The position numbers and the translations under genes are program-made. A model generated the notes under the pieces. The model did not search any database. It saw only the letters and a list, made by a program, of their open reading frames with translations, and was not told where the DNA came from. From the NCBI GenBank assembly GCA_963920595.1, contig OY986949.1:4402001-4466000 (forward strand): a stretch of 64,000 nucleotides of DNA, given 5' to 3'. This document shows positions 1-12,017 of the stretch, one piece after another; the first letter of the stretch is position 1; the number at the start of each line of letters is the position of its first letter. The DNA is from Eimeria praecox. Lineage: Eukaryota.

Positions 1-169
1 TGAAGAAAAGGGCTAGGTTTGGCACCAATTTACAGCATCGTATAAGGCCATGTTAAGCAACTTCCTCCAGAGCGGCAGCACCATGTGGTGAATGGCAAGA
101 TCAATCACAGAAAATCCACGGCAAACAAAAATGTGGAGAGCAGCGCTTCTCTACAGGGATACAGCCCTC

Positions 170-1330
170 TGAAGGCTGAGAGAGCTATCGTCACGCTAAG
201 GGGGAGTGCTCACTAGTGCTTTTCGCAATGATTACCAAAGATCTGGGCCCAAGCGAAAGCGAAGCTGAGCCTACCGACCTAGAAGGTAAAAGGGCACCCA
301 CAAAGTCCACCGAAACAGAAAACGTTTTACGAGGGTGAAGGCGATGTGAGTGTAAACGGGTGGCCGTAGGGGAGGGTCTTGTCGCTCTGCTTTTGCATCG
401 GCCACAGACAGCCGTCGTACAAAAGGCAGCATGCCCCATGATCGATAGCTCGACCCTTCAGTGAACATGTATATGGATGTTGAGAGTATTATGCGTTTGG
501 TGATAAAGTTCTCCCCATGGTATTCACTTTTATCCAGGCGGATTACTTCATTACTTCCACCACGACTGCATCCCCCCATAAGCCCTGGTATGCACAAACT
601 CCACTACTTTTGCCCTGGGCCTCGCCAACAGCAGCTCGACTGTCTAGAGCCGATTCGCGTCTCATCAAAACCTGAAAAAGTGTTTTTCCCGTATATGGGC
701 CTCGACTGGTTTATCCTCGCGCTTCTGGAGTGGCTGGCTCACGAGCTACGAATAACTGGAACAGCAGGCGGCCACCTGAACCGTGGCAATGCACGGGAAT
801 GCATGGTGTGCCAATAAAGCTCAGTTTCGTGCTTGCCTACGTGTTTCCGTTGATATAACGTGCTGGAAAGTTCTCATATACCTATCAGGGATAGAGCTGC
901 CTTGCAGCAGGGACGGGGCACAGGAGTACTTGCACTCTTCCACTGTAGAGCAACAGCTGTGTAACAACACAGCCTTAAGAAGTTAGTACCTTATGGGATA
1001 GTCGTCTTCTAAGACCTCTATGCACGTGGGTCAAACAAGTTCCCCCCGCTGCCTGTTGGCGTACATCGGCTTTTTCAAGGCAATTAGCCCCTTCGAATTT
1101 ATCAAGCCTTACGCGAAGGGCAACTTCATCGTGGTACAATGGGTGCTTTTACGCAAATGTGGGGAACGATTCACTGCCTTTGCATTGCTTGACGAATGCC
1201 TCACCAATGGGCAAATTAGCAAAAGTAGCTGGGCATCCCAGTAGCTACCTTCTAGCACTAAGTGCATGCCTTCGCAACTCAGGGGTGTAATGGCGCATAA
1301 ACGACAAATTCGCCGTCGAACAGCAATGCT
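170..1330 (+). mobile_element. Highly degenerate Ty3/Gypsy-type LTR retrotransposon pol remnant (RNase H to integrase region)
   Basis: Frameshifted fragments occur in the expected order: ERAIVTLR (~178, cf. RNase H ERELLAIV), CMVCQ (~800, cf. integrase Zn-finger CxxC), CWKVLIYLSGIELPCSRDG (cf. W..ISMDFITxLPxSxxG), YIGFFKAIS..GNF..TNGQ (1020-1244, cf. YHGxPxxIxSD..GxF..TDGQ). There are many stops and frameshifts, and the alignment is by eye only. Confidence 0.5.
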
Positions 1331-3685
1331 TCATGGCCTGTCGTACCAATGCTGTACCCTCTGTCATCGTTTTGCTTTGAATCTTACCAATTTGGACAGA
1401 AGGGCTGACCGCTGCAGGCCAACCTCACTTGCCTCATTGCATATTTTGCGGTGATGCGCTCCCTGTCAGCACACTTCTTGCTTAGAGCACACAGATCTTA
1501 TGGCCAGCTTAGACCAACGACTGAAGGGCGGGGAAAAGCAACTACCTGTTGGGACAGCAGGTTCTTGTAATCCTTTTAAAAGAAAAACAAGGGTGTTTTG
1601 CTTGCTCACAATTGCGTGGAATGCCAGGGCTCCAGTGCGCTTCGGTAAGGACGGTAAGGACGGGGGAACCGCTGGAGAGAGACCCTGCAACCTTCTGCAA
1701 TATCTCAAATTGATAGCGATATTATGTACGCGTCTTCTGCACTGCCAGGTACTGGCAGACCCAAGCAGGTACAGCTCCCTGCCCGCACAGTTAGCCGTCC
1801 GACCACAGGGATTCACTCTCCGAATCACAAACCGTCTTATTTTTTATTCCTTGCCAACGGTCCCAGGGTGCAAGCGATGGATGTTGATTAACTGTGAATC
1901 CTTCTACTTAGTTCGCTCAATGTTGGCCATACACTGCTATCTCTTAGTTGATTTTTCGAAGAAAGGACTACACAGGCACAACATTTCATGCTGTTGCATG
2001 GATATGCTGTAAATGGGCATAAACGATGATCGAGCGCAGCAAAATATGCAATAATAGTGCGTTCTTGGTCAACAGTCCCCAATAAAAATCACCCACCCCC
2101 CACGGTGTACCAAGTGCCCCATAACCTCTACTTGCATGTGGTTCTATTCTTTTGCAGCACAGTTCCAATAGGCGATTGCCCTTCGAAACTGGCAGGAAAC
2201 TCATTTGCTAGGGTTATCTAGTGCAAGCTTTACAGGATAGACTGTCAACGTAAGCGCAGTTGGTTGGCGTCCCACCCGCGTGCACGCATTTGACCGCTCG
2301 TCATTAGCTGGCGGGCAGGCTAGCGGCTAGCCTCATAAACCATCTGACGAAAGCTGGACGCCACCAGAAGACCTCCCCCCTTGAAAAGTGCAAACACCTC
2401 CACCGGCCTGATTATAGCTGCCTGGCATGCAACTCTGCTCAGTTGAAGCTGCAGTCGCTACGTAGCCCATAGTTTTGCGTGTTAGTTTCGAACAATGGAA
2501 CACACCCAGTACGTTCCCCACAGTTAAAGTATTCGTCAATAGGCATGTATACAATAACATGCAAACTGTGTAGAGCTTCACACAGCCAGAATTCTCCCAG
2601 TAGCACATGGAGTCCTGTGCACAGGAGAGCTGAAGCACCGTGTAATTGCGGCGTGCAGTGGGGCGATCAATATATATTCTTCTAAGTCATGGGGAGCATT
2701 TAATCACGAGCATTTGCAATGGGAGCCCAATGGTGGAGCACTATCTTTACAGGGCGATCGCTGAGGCGCGGACCAGTTGCAGGTTTGGTCTGTGTGCCGT
2801 TCTGCATCCTATTCATTGAACTTGAGCTATATGTAGAGTTTGATAGTTCAAGATTATTGCGTGCAGCGTAATTTCTGCTGTGGAAATACCCACAGGTTTC
2901 AGGAGTCTCGTTAGCGAACTCCACCAGTTGCAAGTTACCTGTTTCGATCTGATATACCCTTAGCTATGCGGAATTGACGGCATTGAAACTGCTTTTTCTC
3001 TGCTGCGCTGTTATTATTCAGCATACATATCAGGCTAAAGCTCAACCAAATTTCAATGAATGGGAGCGCCTCTTGTCTCGCAAATTTCGTGCAGCGGTTC
3101 CTCTTTGGGGCCTCGCGACGGTAGGCTGCCTTCTGTGGAAGTGACCCTGCTGTATCAGGCGTACGATGGTATGTACAAGTAGCATTTTCTAAACATCTTG
3201 TTAAAAGAAACATTTAGTATCAAGATTTGACTTCGTAGAGGCAGAAGTGCGCTTCGTAAGGTGGGATATTCTTTAAACAACCTGCTCTGCCCTCGGATCT
3301 TCCCTCGAACGGTTTCGTCGGCATATAGTGCAGTAGTTTGCAGAGACCCTGGAGCGTGCCAGCATATTTCAAGTTCAAACATCTTTCATGTGTTCGAAAG
3401 TTGCACAAGATGCGCCACATATTGCCTCATATTTTGTGCTTACTTAGCAACATGCACACGGCACCACGCACGGTGACACTTTCGTACTCAAAGACTTCAT
3501 CTCATATCGCCAGAAACTTTGTGCCGCCAAATGTTATAAATGTTGGCTTTTGCTCAGATTAAATGCCGTTTCTTAGCTCGGGCGGGGTGGGGCAACCGAA
3601 GATTTAGCGCACCCGTATGTAGAGTGGTGGATGCGTAGTTGTTGAGTGCAGGCTGAAGGCTGAAGAACCTGATCGGACGCTCAAA

Positions 3686-4132
3686 ATGGCTTCTCTTGAG
3701 CCACTCGCAACAGTAACCCGGTGGGTGGGATTCGTTAGTGGGGTGCTGACAATTCTGCTTTGGTGTTTCCAGCTGTCTTCAACATCCCCTTCGATCTCAA
3801 TTGGCGACGATCCTCTCGCAGATGTTAACAAAGGCAGCTGGCGGATGCAACTCTTCTCCTTCGTTCCGTCAGTTTTCATAGACGTATGGACACCTTTCGT
3901 CATGGGCGCAATGACCGTCATGTCGCACTTCTCCTCGTTCCACTTGGATTTCATGTGCGTTAATTTTGCACATTACTTCATCTGGTCCATCCTGATGGCC
4001 CTATTCGGAAATATGGGCTACGCTGGTGTCGTTGGAATCGTTGTAGCTTCCATAACGCTCCTCTCTTCCCTCCTGAGCTTGATTTGCGCATTCCTTTACG
4101 ATGGCACTGCCAGCCTGAAACTAGGAAGCTGA
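3686..4132 (+). CDS. Small intronless multi-pass (about 4 TM) membrane protein, 148 aa, function unknown
   Basis: Clean ATG-to-stop ORF in good context (aaaATGG), high-complexity sequence, about four hydrophobic helices (WVGFVSGVLTILLWCF; VFIDVWTPFVMGAMTVM; YFIWSILMALFG; GVVGIVVASITLLSSLLSLICAFL). Confidence 0.85.
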   Translation: MASLEPLATVTRWVGFVSGVLTILLWCFQLSSTSPSISIGDDPLADVNKGSWRMQLFSFVPSVFIDVWTPFVMGAMTVMSHFSSFHLDFMCVNFAHYFIWSILMALFGNMGYAGVVGIVVASITLLSSLLSLICAFLYDGTASLKLGS

Positions 4133-4901
4133 GTAGTGCAATGCTGTCAGTTACCTCCGCGCCAGAAAGGCGCGACAGATGCACCAACACCCGATTAAGT
4201 AAAGCAAGGGGGAGCTATGCTGTGGTATAAAACGACCGCACTCGTCGCACTCGCTCCGTCTGAATCGATTTGCTTGTGGGCTTATATTGCATTCACAAAT
4301 ACAGTGGCGTAAAGCCACTATGCTCGTATACGGCAGAATGGCAAGGAGGCGTTAAAGCCTCCAGACGAATTTCGTTTGCTATGATTTCCTGGGGCTGTGT
4401 CTGCCGGGAGATACAAACCCTGCGGTTTTGCAAGTAATGCTGGCCCCAAACCAGGGCAGAAAAGTAGAGAGGCCTAAGAGGCCAAAATAGAACGCATTAG
4501 GAGACTCAAGTAATGGGCACCTGCCTGGGGCTGCGCGAAGGCTCTTTGTACTTCGGCTCCCCACAGTTGCTCTCCCTCGTATTTAGTACTGGAAATTAGA
4601 AAGGATTAGCTACCTGAGTCTGTTTTCCTGCACGTTACGGCAATACATATAGCAGCCTATTGAATTATAGAAACTGAAAGCGCTATAGCAAAGTTCCTTG
4701 AACATATTCCTTGAAGTGGTAATGGGCTGTACACCCAGCTACACCTACACTGCAAGGACTGTGTCCTGTAAATATTCGTTAGCTGGCAAGCGGCCGAAGA
4801 CCCGCGTGTATCTACTCTACAGGAGCTGCTTGATTTCGAAGGAGGCAAGCAACAAGGAACGCATGCCACTGGCTGTACCAGGACGACAGACACCACATGC
4901 G

Positions 4902-7650
4902 CTAGCTCAATGCTTGCTTTTGCAACGCGAAAGCAAGAGCATCGATTTGTTTGGTGATTTCCACGAAAAGCTTGTATTCTTCGTGGACTGGGGCAATGTC
5001 AGCCTTTAGTCTCAAGGGCCTGCCGTGCTCCTGTTTGAACTGAAGGTGGTAAGCCGCGAGTTTGTCTCCCAGCAAGCGGCGTTCACGCTGCAGTTGGTGC
5101 AGCTGCAGTGCCATTTCCTCCCTCCGACGCTGAAGCAGTTGCTGCCTCTCGAAGGCAGAAGGCTTCGCAATTTGCTTGCTTGCTTGTTTCTCCTTGGCCT
5201 TCTCCGGCGACCTGGGGGCCCCTCCATTAAGTCCCGCCCGATGCACTGCCTTGGGGCTGAGGGTTTCGAGAGAGCGCACGCTGTGATGTCTCCTGAGCCG
5301 CTTGGCACCGCCTGTCGGTGAGGGTACTCCGGGGGGCGAACTGATGTCGGCGGTGTTGCTCCGTGTGCAGGTTGGAGAACTAAATACTTCTGGCTGCGAC
5401 GCTTCTGCTGCTGAGCTGCTCTCTGCAGCAGCAGCAGTACCAGCTGCTGCTCCGGGAGGCCTGCCTGTTTCAGGTGCCTCCAGGAGCTGCTCTAACCTTT
5501 GTTTAATTCGCTGGTAGTGCATGTACACCGGCCTAAGGGGCTCTTTGTCTTGCTTCAGTGGCTGGCGCCCAAAGTGTGCGGCGAAAGCCGTATTGTACGC
5601 CCTGAGTTCTTGCTTGAGCTGCTTCTTTGTTAGCTGCAGGTTCTCGAGTGTCTTGAAAGGGCTAGAAGGAGGAGACGAATGCGGAGGAGCGTCCCCATGC
5701 TCGCGAGTTCCCGAGCTACTGCCGGCAACACTCTCTTCCCTTACCTTTCCTCCGAAGGCTTCCAGCCGCTGTTGACAGCCTCGCAGCCACTCGGCAGCGA
5801 AGGCATGCACAGCAGCCTCTGCCCCGCTGCTGCAGCTGCTGCTGTGAGCAGCAGCCACCGCAGCAGCAGCAGCAGCACCTTCTGCACCCTCGACGTCGCT
5901 TGAGCCCTCCTGCACACAAAATAAACAAAAAGCAGCCAACAACCCAGTAAGCCCGTTAAATACACATTGTATGTGATGTCAACACATCATCTCAGTATGT
6001 ACAAATGCGGCCACACATGTGTATATAGAAAGTGGTGCATCTTAATATAGGGGGCGACAGGCATGCCTGCAAGTCTCCGGTCTCCTGCTGCTGCTTCGGT
6101 TTAGATGGTAAGACCTTGGCGCTGGGGCTGAGCCTGCAGCCGCTGCCTTGGGGCACTCCTGCTGAAGAGCACCTAGCCACAGTCGGCATTTTGGTAGGGA
6201 GTCTTCCCCCGGCAGCCTTGCCTCTGCTGCTGCTGCTGCTGAGGTTGCTGCTGCTGCTGCTCCGTGCTCCCACTGCAGTCTCTCCCCTGCGCCGCCCGAC
6301 AGCTTGACGCTTCTGAGGAGGTCCCTCAGCGCGCGCCACGGGGCCACCAACAACCTGTAACGGGGGCCCTGACGCCTCTGGGGAAGATGCTGCAGGTGAG
6401 GCCACAGACAACCCTCGGGGGGCAACCTGCAAGTGCCCCTGCTGCTCAGGCCGTCGCTTTATCCCTTTCTCTTTGTTTGTCTTGGCTGCTGCATGCTTCG
6501 GCTGCCGCACCAATTGGGACCGTCGCTGCTGCTGCGGGTTTTTCGGCTGCTCCTCAGCCCCTAGGGCTCCAGCAGCTGGTGGAGAGACCACATCACGCGA
6601 TTGCGCTGCTCTCTCAAGGTATTTAGATGGTATACTCTCGCTGCACGAAACAGCTTGTGGCTCGGCTAATCCTGTAGACAAATCTTGCAGGCCTTGTTGC
6701 TGCACTGGGTCTGCGAAGCCGAGATCTTCCCCATGGGGCAGGCCCTGCGGTGTGGCTGCTGCTGCTGCTTCGCTAGAGCGAGCAAAGGCAGGAGCTCGAG
6801 ATTCATCAGGGTAGCAGCTCACGTGGCTGCTGGCTTGCGGGGAATGAACCCCCGGCGTGCGCGCATCCTGAAGGGCAGCGCCGTTGAAAGCGCTGCTCTC
6901 GAGGCCGCTGCGGTGGCGGTGAGAAGTCAAGCCACCGCACGAGTGAGGGGTAGGGAGGAGTGCAGCGTCATCTGGAGGGATTGAACTCCTGCCGTCATGG
7001 CGGTCTCCCACCTCCTCCAGGAAGAGATGCGAGGGAATGGGAGGGGCCTCTGCGCCTTCGAGCGACCCCAGAAGCAGCAGCTGCTGCAGGAAGCTCAATC
7101 CAGCTTCTCCAAACTGTTCTATGCCAGCAGGATGCGAGGCGGTATCCGTGGGCTGTGGCGGCTGAGACCAACACCAGCGCCTCACTGCCTCCTGGAGGCC
7201 CAAGGCAACCTGCAGCTGCTCCACCATAGCGCTGCTGCTCCCGATAGGAGCCTAGCCGCCTCGGCTCCAGACAACCAACAACGTTTAAAGACAAAGTCCC
7301 AATAAACCATTTAATAAGACCGTCCTCTCCTTCTCCTGTTGTCAGACGCCACGGGGAGCCCTCCAGCGGGTCCGCCGCAACACAGCCGACAGCGTGGCTG
7401 GGAGCCCGCGGAAAGCGCACGAAATCAACAACAGATACATGAATTAACAAATAATTAAAGATTATCCTCTTACTCTGCAACAACTGGTTGATGCATAGTA
7501 TTAAAAAGCATCTGTGGAGGCAGCGTTTCGGGGCTGGTTGAGGCCACGTAACACGCCGCAGCTGCGCCTTTACCAGATACCAGTACGTCTTCTCTTCTTC
7601 TTCGAAACTACCAACTCCTTAAACTGATATATTTCATCCTTTCTCATCTG
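4902..7650 (-). CDS. Multi-exon hypothetical protein with two C-terminal FAM13-like / Sld2-RecQ4-N-like helical motifs; 5' end uncertain
   Basis: The last exon 5909-4902 follows a tttgtgtgcag acceptor and encodes KKQLKQELRAYNTAFAAHFGRQPLKQDKEPLRPVYMHYQRIKQRL and RERRLLGDKLAAYHLQFKQEHGRPLRLKADIAPVHEEYKLFVEI. A large upstream exon runs ~7251-6067, and a possible small exon 7647-7574 has flanking cag and gtaaag. Confidence 0.75.
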
Positions 7651-8479
7651 TTTGCAATAAACTGAGAGGGTTTGATGGAGGTTGTGCGCACAGACAGAGT
7701 CGGCGCTAGGGTCACGCGGCCTAACTGCAGCTAACGCTGCTGGTAACAGGAGCTGCTTGCAGTACTCCTGTTCCAGTAAGCATCCTATTTACATTGAAAC
7801 AGCTCTACATATACACTCAATCCGCTCTTCATGCACTATCAGGTGGCCTTCTGTACACATTGAAGCATTTCCCTATCCTCAGTGTAGCGGTCCTTCCTGC
7901 ACGGCGTTCTGTATGGGCTTACGCCGTCGCCTGCATGCATTGGAACAGTTCCATGTTTACACGAAAGATCCTCTGCGTGCGTTGATGGAATTGTCTTTAC
8001 GCACTTAGGCGACTGTACAGATACATTGAAGCGATCTGGATGGTAGACGGTGTGCGATAGGGCCGCAGGTGCTCCGTAGTGGACTTAGCGCCGATAACGG
8101 AGAGCTATAGTTGCACCTACTGAGAGTTTTTGTTGCATTCAATCGAATATTTCATAAGTGCTTTGCTTCCGCTTCAAAAGACAGACCAAGCGTTCGAAGT
8201 AAAGGGGGATGCGGGAGGGTAGGGGAGCCTCCCTGCGCCACCCATGATGCGCAGAAGAATCTGCATGCAGTTCGGACTGAACAAACTTCTGCTGACAGGC
8301 AGTTTGGCTACTGTGAATGCCCCAAAGTGATTCATAACATATGCCCACAGTGTTAACGCACACGGCAAAGCCACCTGGTTGCATCATATGCCTGCATGCG
8401 CGCCTGCTACTGTCTTGAGGTAGGAGTTGCTACAACACGTAAGACAGAACCTGCCTCCTTTGCCTTATATCCTCATAAT

Positions 8480-8880
8480 CAGACAGTGCAAGCCTTCGTG
8501 ACGCTGCTACTAGGACACCGGGAGAGTGGTTGCGGGGTTGTTGAAGCTGTTTTTATGGGACTATATTTTCTTAGGTCTTTTGACTCTGTTGCACCTCGCG
8601 ATGTTCCGCCGCTGATGTTCAAGCCTTCTTCTACGTGGGGAATACTTATGGATCCCCCATGAAGTGCTTGTACTGTTAATCTTTAAACCAAATCGTACCC
8701 AAACATGCCAGGTTTAATTCTGACCTTGTTTTATAGTCCTAGTACTTGGAGGTCAATTTCTTCCTCAAGATGTGGAGATCACCTGTACAATGGAATAAAG
8801 TTTGGGGCTGCTCCACAAGTGAGGTCGATGCGATGCATTCCGCATGGAATGGCTCGCCGGCCTGTTGGTAGCTCCTCGTA
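8480..8880 (-). mobile_element. Degenerate Ty3/Gypsy-type reverse transcriptase fragment (pseudogenised)
   Basis: My translation of one minus frame from 8880: YEELPTGRRAIPCGMHRIDLTCGAAPNFIPLYR*SPHLEEEIDLQVLGL*NKVRIKP..*RLTV..SIPHVEEGLNISGG..SKDLR..KTASTTP. This follows the Gypsy RT N-terminal motifs in order (LPP.R..HRIDL..GA.P...PYR.SP...EI..QV..LL..G.I.P; LP.IDELL...GG; SKIDL; KTAFTTP), with three in-frame stops. Confidence 0.75.
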
Positions 8881-10769
8881 TTTAATACATCTGACACCTG
8901 AGGACTACATCTTCACTTGTGCGCATGTCTGCTATTCCTCGTGCATTAGCTGGATAGAATCCCCCAAAAGTGCGGCCTTCGTGAGATCCTGAAGGCAAAG
9001 TACATGTACTCCAGTGTCGCATCCAGCAGCACCTGTGCACCGTGTAGGAGCCTCTCCTCCTTCCAGTCCCTTCAGGACAGAGATTCCATTCCTCCTATCC
9101 TAGGGGGTGAATATGCCAAGAGGAGGGCTCAGAGTTGCACTCTCAGACTATTTCCCGGTACATATAGCACAACAGTGCGAACTGGAAACAGCATTTGCTC
9201 CTTTTACCGAGCCCCCACGACATGCATAGGGTCTTCTCTCGTGGTGAACTGATCCAACATAAAAGGCCCGTGTCATGTTATTGCTACACATTCCTGTCCC
9301 TGCATTGAGCGCCCATTTTACGCGCACGATTTTACCTATTCCGCTGTACTGCCTGCAATCCGCAAAGCAAAGCTGCAAATATTGTGCCAGAGAATCGACG
9401 AGTACTCTGCAAATTCTTGCGGCTGTTTCGGCTATCAGATTCGCTTCGCAGCTCGTCCTAAGTAGCTGTAGCAACTCCTCACCATGTCCGCTGAGTACGT
9501 ATGCAAAACAGCACAGGGTTGACTCAAGGAGGATCTGCGGGTAGGGATGCCACCTGTTCCGGCATCACCAGCGCACTGTACGTTGCTTGGTTGCCAGGCC
9601 AGGGTTTTCCCCTGATCATTCTATTTCATGCGCTGGTAACGGTGCTTGAAGGCTTGCTTCTTGAGGTTCCCTGTTCTTTTCATGACGCCGCAATCTCGAA
9701 TTATATGACAATGCTCATTAGAGAAGGAGCAGAAGCACCGGTCAGAACATCCCTTGTGCCCTCTGAGTGCGAAATTCGCCTGCTGCTATCGCTTGCAACG
9801 TTTTGCAATTTTCTTGGGGGGAGGATGGGGGGGGGGGGGGGGGGGAAACATTCATATCTCTGATACACATAAGCCCTACCCGCCTTCTTCTCCCGCACTT
9901 AGAGAGCTAAAAGGGGCATACGGAAGCACTCCATCATCTCGCTGAGTTCCCCCGTTGGATTAAACAACTGATGTAGAAGTTTCGAATCCAGCGCTGAAGT
10001 TCTGTTCACTAAGGACTGGCTCTTCGCAACGTGGCCCCCTATCGGCAGCCTCGCTTGTGTAAGCTTCCTGTGTTCTGCCTAATCCTGTATCCTTGCTTGC
10101 ATGGGAATAGACCTCAGTGGTAGCATTCATGTAGGGAGAGTTCTATACTCCCGGTGATCCCTAGACAAGCCCTGTCCTTGTTTCGATACAATCATCATTG
10201 GCGTGTCGACACTTCTAATGGGGAAAACACCAAAGCCAGCTATAACCCTTAGGATGCATGGAAAGAGCAGAAATACAACTTCAGGCGAGCAAAGAATTAC
10301 TTCATTCACCAGATGCCGCAGCGCCAGTCACATAGGGAATGCCAACAAAGGCGGAGGGATTGGCAATGTAATGCTTTAGAGATATTTTCAGCTGGATGGG
10401 ATGCGGGTACTGCGCTTAGTACAACGGGGCGAGGCGATCAGACTTGGGTCAATCTCCATTATACATGGAGAGAAAGAACTGAAGAATTGGCAAGGGTTTT
10501 CGAGGGCATATATAACTGATTTTATGTTTTAGAAGGAGCACTCGCCACTATACACTACAATGCATCTGGCTGCTCTGTTGTGGGGATGAGGTTCGATGCT
10601 CGCATATGTCTGATGGGCCATGATGTGTCACCACGTATATCTATGGACCTCAATTTTCGCTGAGGGCCGACGTGAACTGCAACAGATTCAAAGACCTAAG
10701 ACAAGATAACCCTAAATGCAAGTGAAAACCTCCCCCCCGCCTCCAGGCGTCCTAAGCTCATCGGTGTTA

Positions 10770-10850
10770 GGGCCTGAGGATGATCAGGAGATGGACAAGC
10801 CTTTCATGATCTGCAAAGAACCTTATTGTAGCTCATGTTGAAAGGCAGCC
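10770..10850 (+). mobile_element. Possible further Gypsy pol scrap (RT-RNase H connection)
   Basis: Translates as *SGDGQAFHDLQRTLL*LML, resembling W..E.Q.AF..LK..L...PVL. The match is short and weak. Confidence 0.25.
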
Positions 10851-12017
10851 CCACGTGCAAGTACACGCATGCCCTCATTTATAGATGAACTAATATTGTA
10901 GACTGTAATACAGACAACCGTTAAACATATATTATTCCTCTTTCCCTGTACAACTAGCTTGCATGCGAGTTAAGGTACGAGGACAAACACCATAGAGATC
11001 AATCTACCACAGTGCCTGTGACGGGCGGGCAGCGCAGCTCTAAGCATATGTAGGCTTCCAGTTGTTCTCGTGATCTCGAACGTTTTAATGGAGTTAAAAT
11101 CAAAATTAAGATATAATAAATAACAATTGAAATGTGCGAATAAGCCTAACAAATGAGGATCTGAGGCATTCAAGCCCATGGGTCCTACGGCGCATATCGC
11201 CCGCAAGCCGAATACGCCTCTCTGTTCCTAGGGCTGATATGTAGAAGTGTTCTCTGTTTAGGGGAGTTTTCCTCGATTGTCCTTATCCATTAAGAATTTA
11301 AGAAAGAAAACGTATTTAATAGACAAATCCTCCATCGCTTCCCACAGTTGCATGCAATTTTTTACTGCAAACCGTAACGGGCTCGTGGCGCTGCTGTGCC
11401 GCAGCCGGCAACAGCAGCGGACCGGTTTCCTGGGGGTTTTGTTCCTCTTCACCTTTGTGAGGTAGCGGAAGGTGGGATATACCTTTTATTTCTTTTATAA
11501 ATATATCCAGAACACCTTCGAGGGATGCGTGATGCTCTGGGGTATTTCGCCTCAGTGCTGCTCCGCCCTTCAACATGAAGGCCAGTTCCTCTTCGCCCCT
11601 CAAGCCTTGCAGCAGCTGCATACAGCAGGGTGCGGTTTGTAACGCTGCATCTTCTGTTTTTAACTCCCCTGGCTTCGCATAAGAAGGACAGAGGGAGTGG
11701 AAGGAGAAGACTTAGGGGTTAGGGTTGGGGGAGCCCAGAGCCGCGCAAAGGAGATTCTGCCCATCTGACCGCAGCAACAGTAGCAGTAGCAGCAGCAGCA
11801 GCAGCAGCAGCAGCTCATCGGGTTCCTCCGGCTAGCAGCTGCAGCGGTGCAGCAGCTATTGGAGGAGGCGGGTGCGGCTGTTCGAGGGGAGTCTGGAGGG
11901 GAGGGGGGGTTTGGTAGTTTTGAAGCAGCAGAGAAAGGAGTTCGAGGTGCTGCTCTACTCTGATCGTCCTTCTAGTAGGAGGGTGCCTCTCTGTTTTTCT
12001 GTTAATACTTGTCGAGA

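Noticed and set aside
1500..2012. 170-aa ORF as a host gene or retroelement chromodomain
   Set aside because: No convincing motif. It may continue the decayed element, but the similarity is too weak to claim.
3686..4132. Naming the TM protein as a GAPM glideosome protein
   Set aside because: It is too short and has too few TM helices, and I recognise no GAPM motif.
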